Part shown: positions 53,824 to 64,000 of the stretch, one piece after another
How positions within the stretch are numbered: the first letter of the stretch is position 1
Layout of the letters: each line of letters begins with the position of its first letter
From: Mytilus edulis
Taxonomy: Eukaryota
Length of the DNA: 64,000 nucleotides
Assembly (NCBI RefSeq): GCF_963676685.1
Contig: NC_092345.1
Location: forward strand, 99,200,001-99,264,000
Direction of reading: 5' to 3'
The notes under the pieces: model-generated
The model's database searches: none
Told to the model about the DNA's origin: nothing
The model's input: only the letters and a program-made list of their open reading frames with translations
Program-made: the position numbers and the translations under genes

Positions 53824-54002
53824 NNNNNNNNNNNNNNNNNNNNNNNNNNNNNNNNNNNNNNNNNNNNNNNNNNNNNNNNNNNNNNNNNNNNNNNNNNNNN
53901 NNNNNNNNNNNNNNNNNNNNNNNNNNNNNNNNNNNNNNNNNNNNNNNNNNNNNNNNNNNNNNNNNNNNNNNNNNNNNNNNNNNNNNNNNNNNNNNNNNNN
54001 NN
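53824..54002. other. Assembly gap (179 N)
   Basis: Run of N. Confidence 1.
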
Positions 54003-54859
54003 AGAAAATGAAAAATATTTCCAATTAAGATGTATTTATAATAATGACCGGTTGTATATATCATATATGTATTATATTGTAGGTATGTCACGTATATGTC
54101 ATGTATATGTTGTAATTGTTGGAAATAAAAATATCAAAAGTAAAAAAACACAAACAAAAAACAGGGTAAAAACCGTTATGTTTGATCTATAACAAGATAA
54201 ATGTTTCTCTATATCTTAAGCGCAAAACAAGACATACATATACATTGTCCAACTTATAATTCATTAGTGTTGATTTCAGTCTTCATTTTTTCAATAGTTC
54301 TAATGTATTTTGACTTACTGTACATATCAACTTTTAAAAACCTTGTATATGTATAGAATTTATTCTTTTCCTTTGTATTTTTTCAATAGCGTCCTTATAT
54401 TCGACAAACCATTGTTGCGATCTAAAGACTGGCAAAACAAAAGATGTTGGTATTTGTAAGACTATATGGAAAATTAAAAACATTAAATTCCAAGATTTAG
54501 TTCAGACAATATAGTTCCATGAAAAGGACAGGGAATATTGATCAAACAATTATTAGACACAGCAAAATTTTACTTCCTTCCCATAAAGAACCAAAAAAGA
54601 GTCATAATAAAGGCATGAATTTAAAGACCCGAAGATATGTCAGATATATACCGTTATAAGATTAAAAATAAAAAATGCAACTGAAATAATCCAAAATTTT
54701 GGACAATGCAACAGACTACAGCAACCATCAACACAACATTAAAGAAGCATCAACGAACAACAAATCTTCCAAATAACCTAACTTGGTATTTTGGACCTTT
54801 TGGATTATAGCTCTTCATCTTTTATATAAGCTTTGGATTTCAAATATTTTGGCCACGAG

Positions 54860-54901
54860 CATCACTGAAGAGACATGTATTGTCGAAATGCGCATCTGGT
54901 G
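54860..54901 (+). ncRNA. Minimal type I hammerhead ribozyme in a Penelope-associated repeat
   Basis: catca-CTGAAGA-GACA(tgtat)TGTC-GAAA-tgcgca-TC-tggtg. It has the core boxes, stem II, a palindromic stem III and stem I pairing catca/tggtg. Confidence 0.8.
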
Positions 54902-55025
54902 CAAACAAAATTGGTACCGTTAATTTTATTGGTACCGCCACACAGGTATTTGTCTCTGATTTATTTTTACCTTGTATATACCTTTATGTTATAAGATCTA
55001 TATACTATAGGTTGAAACAACATAT

Positions 55026-55104
55026 GAGACAAGTGCTTGTGTAAAGCCACGCAAACATGTGGTGAGACAAGTGCTTGTGTACAGCCAGGCAAACATGTGG
55101 TGAG
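55026..55104. repeat. 38-bp tandem duplication
   Basis: gagacaagtgcttgtgta.agcca.gcaaacatgtggt x2. Confidence 0.85.
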
Positions 55105-55194
55105 GTTATTCCAGTTTTAACGTGAGCACTCACAACCTTTTTGCCTATCTATAGGCCGCATGTTTTAAGTGTAAATAAACACTACATCGTGATA

Positions 55195-56567
55195 TGTCGT
55201 GTACAAGTTGCAATTTTGTACAGGTTATAACATGTACAAAAATATTGTACATGTTATAATTTTACAATGCTAAAATACAAGTTATAACATGTACAAAAGT
55301 ACCCCGTACATGTTATAACATGTACAAAATGTTGCTTAAAAGTGGTTTCAACCTGTACAAAATTTGAAATAGTAATAAAGCAGAATATACATGCACGATT
55401 GAAATTTACTAAATAATAAAGAACGATAATCAAAAGCAAAAAAAAGTGCATTATTTACAGCATGCATTAAATACTACATGTTCATACATTTCAGAAACAA
55501 TTTTGTTTTACTTGTTGCTACGAGACAGATAAATTTGAATCCTTGAGTTGCACAAAACGTTCATTCTCCTACATTTACACCTACCAGACTTACAAATGCC
55601 TTTCTTACACTGACAATGCACAATGTCGTGCCCTCCACTCAATGATAACTTACAAACTATTTTTCTCACACTCATATGTGGACTTCAGACACATATGAAG
55701 TTGCATTTGCAAAAAACTAAACCGGGTTTCTACTCAAGTATCCCTTTATTTGTCTAATTGTATAGCTGCCAATTGTTCATTCACATTCATCACCACCCCT
55801 TTTATGTTTCTCTCATCGGCCAGACCCCTATCAATGAACGGCCTGAATAGGAACGATAACGCTATCGCCTTGGGGTTTGGGAGGGAACGAAGAAGTATAC
55901 CAGTAGGTTTCATGCTGAAACTTGCGTTATCAGCCATGTTGGCATCACTTAATTCAATTACCATTGTGTCTGTGTCTAACTCAATGGTTTGTTTATCTGG
56001 TGAATCATGACCATTTGCAATTGTAATGATGAATTTACCATCAGTTTCAGTGTTCGTGTCAGTAATAATGTCCGTCTCTGACATTGTTTTCTCAGTGTCG
56101 GTATTATGTTTTGTCTCTGTAAAAGGGTCTTCACTATCAGTATTATTGGCTACAGAACTTGCTTCAAAAATTGCTTCTAAGTCTTCTTCTGTTTGAATAT
56201 CAGATGAGAATACCGAATAATGTTTATTGACTACATGTGTATCTTAAAAGCCTTTAAGGTATTAATTAAATATTAAAAGTATTTATTTGGTCATTAATTG
56301 TATCAAAAAGGCAGCACACTAACATGAATGGAAAATAACAAAAATATTATTGAAGTTAATGGCATGTGTTGTAAGAATATAAACATATTTTGTTTTCAAA
56401 TTTTGTACAAGTCAAAACCATTTATAAGCAATATTTTGTACGCAATAAGATGTATGAGGTACTTTTGTACATGTTATAACTTGTATTTTAGCATTGTACA
56501 AATTATAACATGGACATTTTTTTTGTACACGTTATAACCTGTACAAAATCGCAACCATTACACGACA
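55195..56567 (-). mobile_element. Internally deleted Ginger2/KRBA2-like (integrase-type) DNA transposon
   Basis: TGT...ACA termini with ~120-bp TIRs rich in gttataacatgtacaaa. Flanks gata/tata. Degenerate transposase C-terminus IQTEEDLE...PFIDRGLADERNIKGVV...SGGHDIVHCQCKKGICKSGRCKCRRMNVLCNSR...NK*. Confidence 0.85.
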
Positions 56568-56865
56568 TATATATAGCTAACAAACAACTTAATATATTAA
56601 AAAGACGACAAGACTCAAGCATGATTTATTGTATATTAAAAAAGATTTAATCTAACGGAATTTCTAAACTTTCAATAGCTATAAGGACAATGATCAGTCT
56701 AGAGTCAGTCTAGAAGCCAGTTTAATTGTAGATAAACAGACAGATTAATACAAAAAATAGACAACATAGTAAATTCAAGAAAATTGTAAAATAAATATAA
56801 ATACAAATCAAGTTTTTTTTATCGTTATTCACATAAAAATTAAAAGGAATAATTCATGCCTAATT

Positions 56866-57942
56866 CTATTGGCACATGCAACAGATAGCAGCCAGATCCG
56901 AATTGTCACAGACGGAGCTTTTGGCATCCAAGCTCTTGAAATACTGGTCATATTCTGTACATGGTGTATTCAAAACAGAGTCATAGCATACTGCGTCTGT
57001 CAAATCTTTAGAAAATAGAAAGAAAATACAACTAACAATATCTCAATATGTAAAGATCGAGAAAGTGAAAATTAATATTTTGTTATTTATTGACGAACGA
57101 ATCGACCTGACCAAGTCTTACATTATATTTTGCTGCATCAGAGACATATATAGTACAATACTCTTGTTGTATAATGAGCAGATAACGAGTAAACTGGTAT
57201 AATAGAAGTGCATGTTTGTTAACCATCTGGTTTTTTTTTTACTCATTATGACACAAGTTAAAACTCGTTCAGTGTAGGTTATAACAGATTTCATGGGACG
57301 GTATAATCCTCTGCAATTACATAAACCATCATAAAGGTTTGTTGTCTCTATTACATATTCCACATTTTACTTCTCAATTTTACTGGAATCTAATAAATTA
57401 TCTTGGTTAACATGTGCGAACCCATGGATATCTTTCCATGTCTTGACTTAAAAGACACAATTGTTCGATTATTGATGGGCGTTTCCATAGGAAAATATTT
57501 ACTCCAATTTTCTTCTACACGCAGATGTCTTTTCTCGTTCATAATATCCCGACGAAACACTTACATTTCAAAACACATTATTACATCTATCAGACCTCGT
57601 CCTTACAGAAAAAAGTTACAAATATTCTATGTCCTCGATTACCAGTTCTGTGTAAAGTGTTCTAGTAAAGGAACCTAAAAATCAAAAGGATCCTATATGT
57701 TCGTGATAAGGCTAAAACTACTTTAATACTGTTGCCTGTATATACCAACCAATAAAGAAGTGTGGAAAACTGATGTGCTCTATGTTTTTAGTCCATGCAA
57801 AACAATCGTTCAACCAGAAAAAACTAACTATTAAAGGATAAGACAGTATACTATTTTATCTCATCAACTGATTCAGACCAACGTATTACTTACATGTTAC
57901 AAGAAGGAGTCCAAAAATTACAAACAGAAATAATTTGTTCAT
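56866..57942 (-). CDS. Small secreted 6-Cys peptide, paralog B (62 aa; exons 57942-57894, 57005-56866)
   Basis: MNKLFLFVIFGLLLVTYLTDA|VCYDSVLNTPCTEYDQYFKSLDAKSSVCDNSDLAAICCMCQ*. GTAAGT donor and tttctattttctaaag acceptor with a phase-1 join. Same exon architecture and Cys spacing as paralog A. Confidence 0.75.
57120..57674 (-). pseudogene. Possible decayed exon inside the paralog-B intron
   Basis: Acceptor gatttttag at 57675, then coding-like segments broken by stops and frameshifts (LFSVR..., METPI..., TWKDI..., VLTCVIM...ICSL). Weak resemblance to FaMeT/PAN modules. Confidence 0.25.
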
Positions 57943-59117
57943 TTTTTTTTTATCTGTTTCACTAAACTCTCAAACTTTAGAAGACGTAATGAATCAAATA
58001 AATGTTTGCTTGTTTATACATCCGAATTAATAATGAATTAGAAATCACATATACCAATGGCTTAACATAATACACTAACAATTCCCAAACGAATAACCCA
58101 GCTTTACAAAGAAAGCGGGTATTAATAAAACATAATCCATCGGATTTCGTATTTGCATGATACAAATGATTGAATGGTCAACATATCACGGTTTATGTCA
58201 AATGGTATATACTAATTTAGAAAAAGGGGGAGGTACATCTCCTAGCAGTCCTTTGTAAATTTATGTTGATAATTATCATTTTGCTTAGTTTCCTCCAAGA
58301 CCAATTCTAAAATCGGACTCGGACTTCTTTTAAACCGAGTTTCACTGTATGTAATGCTGTGTTTGTGCTTCTTCCATATCGGCTAGAGATATGGAGGAGG
58401 TTGAGATCTAACACAATATATATTTAACCCCCGCCGCACGTATGCGCCTGTCCAAAGTCAGAAACATATAGCCTTTGTTAGTCTTGTGTTGTTGTTTTTT
58501 TTAATTCAATTACGTGTTTCGGAGTTGAGTGTGGCCTCCATTTTCGCTGAACTAGTATACATTAATTGTTCAGCCTCCGCTGTGTTGAGGAACCATTGAT
58601 GGCCTTAGTCTGTTTTCTGCTCTCTAATCGAGAAATTTCTCTTTGACACATTTCTTGTTTTTATTTACATTTTGATATCAATTACAATGAGATGTTCGTC
58701 AGATATAACTTGCTATGGTTGCTTTTTTAAAACAAGTTTTATATAAACCTAACACAATTTTGTAAAATTTGCATCGAAGAACTCACCAGTAAACTGCGAT
58801 AATTTTTATCGATAGATAATGAATAGTTTTCTGGTAACGGATGTCGTTCTTTTGATTTTTTTAAAAACACACAATTTGCCAAAATCTTGCAAATTTGCCG
58901 TTTTAAGTTATGATTTATAGTACTTATAATTAACTTATCTGTTTAAAAATAGCCCATGCAATAGACTGAAAGACTGAAAATGACCATAGCGTGAAATAAT
59001 GAGGAAATTGGCCCCCTCTCTTTGTGGTACATCTAAGATTCATTGCTTTCTTAGGTGAAAATCATTAAAAAAAAAAGAGCCCCATACCTTAATGTGAGAA
59101 GGAAAGGCACTCTTCTT

Positions 59118-60157
59118 TTACTTTCTTCCATTGGTCAAACATAAGCAACACGTATGAGGTAGCTGGTCATTGTCACATATTGATTGTCCATACATTTCAC
59201 GCGAAGCATCATCTAGTTCTTGGCACGAACTACTAAATATATAATCTACACATTCAGAAAATTCTACCTCACTGGACGCAACATCTGAAAAAGAATCAAG
59301 GGATTGCTAATTTGAAAACTAAAAAGCCTATTTCGAAACTTTTATTAGATTGCTATTGAGACAGCATATACATATAATACATGTACATTGTATTTCATTT
59401 TTCTCAAAGAGGTGTATATTAATATAGTTATCAAAGGTACCAGGATAATAATTTAAAACGTCAGACGCGCGTTTCGTCTACATAAGACTCATCAGTGACA
59501 CTAAGATCAAAATAGTTAAAAAGCCAAACAAGTAAAATGTTGAAGAGCAATGAGGACCCAATATTCAAAAAGGTTGTGCCACATAAGGCTGAGGTAATCT
59601 ATTTCTGGGATAAGAAAATCTTTAGTTTTTCGAGAAATTCAAAGTATATCCGTCGTTATTTGTTGAAGAACATACAAAAGACTTTTCATTGCATTGAAAA
59701 GGGTATGCTTGATTAGGGCTAAAATTTTGCCATGCACAATAACACACATGGACCACTCATATAGTTGTTGCAAGCTTTAGCGTGGTGTTTACCCTAGGCA
59801 TATACGAGAACGGTTGGATTTGATAACGTCTCAATATATCCTGCTCACCTATAACGTCCACCTCTATTTAGCATTGATTTTTACCATCGAATTGAAGGAG
59901 ACTAGGAATGACTTTTGATGTGATCTCTAATGGTAAAATCACACAATAATAATAAGCCATATATCAAGAAATATTGAATATCAATTTTAGAAGCCTTTTT
60001 CATAATCGCAGCACATGTAAAAACTATTTAAGGTGATCAAATAAGGATTCCACCACCAATAATTGCTTATTAAACTCATTGAGTAATACTGAAACTACTT
60101 ACAGTTAAGAATGCAAATTCCAGTAAAACAAAGAAGAAATGCGAAAATTCTATTCAT
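59118..60157 (-). CDS. Small secreted 6-Cys peptide, paralog A, with C-terminal amidation signal (73 aa; exons 60157-60103, 59284-59118)
   Basis: MNRIFAFLLCFTGICILNYVAS|SEVEFSECVDYIFSSSCQELDDASREMYGQSICDNDQLPHTCCLCLTN-GRK*. GTAAGT donor and tctttttcag acceptor with a phase-1 join. TATATATA at 60241-60234. Confidence 0.8.
59460..59499 (-). ncRNA. Minimal type I hammerhead ribozyme in the intron of peptide gene A
   Basis: Minus strand gtca-CTGATGA-GTCT(tatgt)AGAC-GAAA-cgcgcg-TC-tgac. It has an intact core, stems I and II, a palindromic stem III and a GUC cleavage triplet. Confidence 0.85.
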
Positions 60158-61093
60158 TCTAACAAATATTTGTACTCAAACAATGAAAAGCAATTATTTA
60201 TGTCGTTGATAAAAATCTTCAAATATTTTTCAATATATATACTTTTTAAAATACTTAATCTATCAATTCTTTTACAATCGTTTTGTAACACATTTGAAAA
60301 CAAATTTTAATTCTTTATTTAAACGATAATCCGCTTTTACTTATATTACGATTGGCAAAACAATAACAAAAAAAAAAGGAAATACTTTTTGTAAGATTTT
60401 TAAGTCACAAAGTCACAAATTTACCCTATATACTAAACAATTTCAACTTTTTTTTATGTAACTGGAAATTTCGTTTATCAAGAAAAATCAGCTTCATTAA
60501 GCTGAGCGTTACATAGAAAAATGGAAATATGTATGTTAATGAACAACTCAACGACGAATGAGTAACTTTGCCTTGTATTCAAAAGGCGTAATATCGAAAT
60601 TTAGAAATCGCTGAATGAATGAATGAGAGGAAGGCCTGGATCAGTGTCATACAGTTTTACGTTTACTGGTTTTTTTTTAATAAAGAAATACATGTATTGA
60701 GTTCACTCAAAATGCCAATATAAAGATGACAAGAACTAATTTCGAATCAATAATATCACTCCTTTTCGATGACATAATTTTGATTCAACAGCTGTCTTAT
60801 TCAATAATGGCGTTGATCATTGATATTTTGCACTTTTCAACATAAAATTAGCTAACAAAGTATTACAAGTTAAATTGTTTTGATTTTGTTGTTGTTGTAA
60901 TTTTTTGGTGAGTTAATGTCGTCCATTTGAAAACTGGCTGTACTGAATATTGTATATACACATGACTTTCTAGTAAGTTGAACTGAATGTAGTTCAGTGG
61001 CAATTATACGACATAAATAATACGAACTTATCTACATATATATGTGTGATAAGATTTTATAGCCATTAATATAAGGCTGTACTTTAGTAAACA

Positions 61094-62615
61094 ATGAGAA
61101 TTTTAACTATTGTGTTCGTGTGTCTTTACACGGGTAAGTTGTTAAACCAATGGTAAAGTTTTACAATATAAACAACAGGCAAAGGCATATACAATAAATA
61201 CAACACAACATAGTACATGAGATAGATTTTAGACAACACACAAGTTCCCAAAAACTGTCTTAGGAATAGGCATTCATTATTGGAACAGCACGGTTTCACT
61301 TCTGTGATTCTTCTCGACAAGCATTAAAAAAATTAAAAACCCAAGCGGCGACTAAAGAGATAACCATGAAAATATGCAGATGTTGTTGTTTCATTGCTTT
61401 ACGATTACAATATCAAGTCAGGAAATTATCAGGTTGACAGTTGTTATCCATTCGTTTAATGTGTTTGGGCGTTTGATTTGCCATTTTAATAGGGACTTTC
61501 TATTTTGGGTTTTCCTTGAAGCTCAGTATTTTTGTGAATTTACATTTAAGAGTGTTTTTCCCCTTGTACTTGCATTCCAAATTTTGGGCTTATTTGAAAA
61601 AGGTTTGAATTGTTGCACATTTGATAAAACTACTACTTTTACGTAAAAAAAATATTTTCAAACGTTAGGAAACTTTATAAAGTAGGGATCTTCTTTTTTT
61701 ATATTTTCGCGGCAGAGTATTTGTTCAGATGCGTTCAAAGTATTATTGATTATATTTATATGTAAAATGCCATGTCAAAACATTTCAGTCGTTGCGGAGG
61801 TAAAAAGAAGAGATGTTGAATTGTTTGGATTGAAATTCAAAAACCCAGCTAATATGCAAACAATGCTTGGGACAAGTGGAAATACTGGAGTTCAGAACCC
61901 TTCAAACTTTGCTGGATCATTATCCAGTTCTGGTTCAATTAGTACGGGAAGTGTAGGGATTAAAAATCCATCAAACATGGCAGCAACATTATCGGGATCG
62001 GGATCTCTAAATCCAGCCAACATCGGAACGCAATCTGGACAAAATCCGCATAAACAGGTCCCTGGAGATATGACTGGCTCTTTGGACCAAATACACAGTA
62101 AATATGGTATTCAGGGAGGATATGTCCAACATCAGATCCACGAAAAACCAGGTGAACATATGATCGTTGGTAAAGTGATGCAGTAGTTTAGTATGCACAA
62201 TATATATTTGATTCGTTTCAATGTATAGGTCAAATATGAAGGAAGACTAACTACGTTTTTGTAAAACATTTATTGTTATTATAATTCAGAGTTCGTTCTT
62301 TTCCTTAAATATACATTTATGAAGTTGATAGGAAGCTTATTGAACAGGAAAGCATTAAAGATAAATTGTATTGTAAAATCATCAGTTTGGCCAGGTTTCA
62401 TATATAAATTACTTTTGAAAAAAAATCTTTAATCGGCTGATCACAAGTTAATGTACTTTATTCAACATTTATCGCAGGAACAAGTTTGAATGGTGGAGGT
62501 GCTGGTAACAGCCATCTTCCCGGCAGATGCATTAATTCTCATCCAGAGAAATGTCCCATGTCTTGTGAAGAGGTTGATTCGGTCACAGGCTGTATTGTTT
62601 GCATCAGCAGCTGCC
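61094..62615 (+). CDS. Secreted protein, partial (exons 61094-61133, 61789-62169, 62478-62615; continues beyond window)
   Basis: Signal MRILTIVFVCLYTVVA, then EVKRR and G/S/N-rich NP[AS]N repeats. The third exon encodes RCINSHPEKCPMSCEEVDSVTGCIVCISSC (antistasin-like Cys spacing). All junctions are phase 1 and GT-AG. The window ends on a polypyrimidine tract. Confidence 0.8.
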
Positions 62616-62821
62616 GTGAGTATACAAGAAATAAAAAAAAAAAAAAAAAAACAACAACATTGCTACTTTTGAACTAATAAAAGTAAAATCACAAAAATAC
62701 CGAACTCAGAGGAGAATCCAATCGCGGAAAGTCCATAATCAATACGTATAATACACAAATATAATAGTGTGCAAACATTTTGATATTATTAGCAACGAAC
62801 AAAAAATACCAACACATAATT

Positions 62822-63541
62822 TACAGACAATCGGCAGTCAACACAGCGAAAATTCCGAACAGACAATCGGCAGTCAACATCACCCTACACAGATAATACC
62901 GAACAGACAATCGACAACACGCTACACAGATATACCGAACTACAGACAATCGACAGTCAACATCACCCTATACAGATAATACCGAACAGACAATCGACAA
63001 CACGCTACACAGATATACCGAACTACAGACAATCGACAGTCAACATCACCCTATACAGATAATACCGAACAGACAATCGACAACACGCTACACAGATATA
63101 CCGAACTACAGACAATCGACAGTCAACATCACCCTATACAGATAATACCGAACAGACAATTGACAACACGCTGCACAGATATACCGAACTACAGACAATC
63201 GACAGTCAACATCACCCTATACAGATAATACCGAACAGACAATCGACAACACGCTACACAGATATACCGAACTACAGACAATCGACAGTCAACATCACCC
63301 TATACAGATAATACCGAACAGACAATCGACAACACGCTACACAGATATACCGAACTACAGACAATCGCCAGTCAACATCACCCTACACAGATAATACCGA
63401 ACAGACAATCGACAACACGCTACACAGATATACCGAACTACAGACAATCGGCAGTCAACATCACCCTACACAGATATACCGAACAGACAATCGACAACAC
63501 GCTACACAGATATACCGAACTACAGACAATCGGCAGTCAAC
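62822..63541. repeat. 83-bp dimeric satellite (~8 copies) in an intron of the secreted-protein gene
   Basis: The unit consists of two related subunits, each acagacaatcgaca...acagat(a)ataccgaac. Confidence 0.95.
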
Positions 63542-64000
63542 GAAACATTACATAGCATAATAATACTTTTAGTTGACAAACAACAATCATTATGATCAAA
63601 CGTCGAAATACCGAACCACACACACACTACCAAACACACATACAATGTGGATGTTCTAGCAAATTAGACAGTCACCAAACCATACATACAAAAATAAGAT
63701 TCAATAACAGATACCCTACTTATAACTGGACATGAACTCATCTAAACACGACAATTGATAGATTTATCACTTCAAATTCTAGTGGCAAAACAAAAGCCTT
63801 ATATCTCTTCTTTATCAGTTTGAAATACTTATTTTGTATGGATTTCAATTTAATATATTTTAATTTCAGTTTATATGCTAGGGTCTGCATACATCTTCAG
63901 ATTCTATTTTTTGTATTTAAAAATTGGTTTCGTATTTACTAGTTGTGTGTATCGTTTTTTTGAGTGATATTCTTAAACCCAGTACATTTTTTTATTTTAC

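Noticed and set aside
53725-54192. ORFs spanning X runs
   Set aside because: Artefacts of the N gap.
55746-56084. 112-aa host gene
   Set aside because: It is a fragment of a degenerate Ginger2/KRBA2-like transposase between TIRs.
62822-63541. CRISPR-like appearance of the regular array
   Set aside because: There are no unique spacers and no cas genes, and the context is a eukaryotic intron. It is a satellite.
1-64000. tRNA/rRNA genes or prokaryotic operons
   Set aside because: None recognised. The gene structures are spliceosomal, and the short AT-rich ORFs lack coding signatures.

Overview
AT-rich, intron-containing eukaryotic DNA. The repeat content, Penelope-type RT relics and a C1q-domain gene suggest a bivalve mollusc, most likely Mytilus (inference). 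Gene models reconstructed by hand from GT-AG sites with frame and phase checks: (1) an LRR/mucin-stalk protein with a probable GPI anchor (+, 3139-4443); (2) a 2-exon secreted C1q-domain protein (-); (3) TAF12 (-, 5 coding exons); (4) an uncharacterised single-exon ~525-aa protein (+); (5) UVSSA (-, 14 coding exons, ~869 aa), with a repeat expansion and a quadruplicated splice donor; (6) two tandem paralogous 2-exon genes, absent from the ORF track, that encode small secreted anionic peptides with a C-x8-C-x15/16-C-x8-CC-x-C framework, one ending in an amidation signal (GRK*); (7) a divergently oriented secreted Gly/Ser/Asn-repeat protein with an antistasin-like Cys module, which runs off the window. 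Intergenic and intronic DNA is full of mobile elements: non-autonomous hAT-, Kolobok- and Tc1-like elements, a 5.5-kb CAC-terminated element splitting a Penelope relic, a CR1/L2-type LINE relic, an internally deleted Ginger2/KRBA2-like transposon, a SINE, HINE-like elements, minimal hammerhead ribozymes and several tandem arrays. There is one 179-N assembly gap. The best candidate for an undescribed system is the secreted Cys-rich peptide cluster at ~56.9-62.6 kb.
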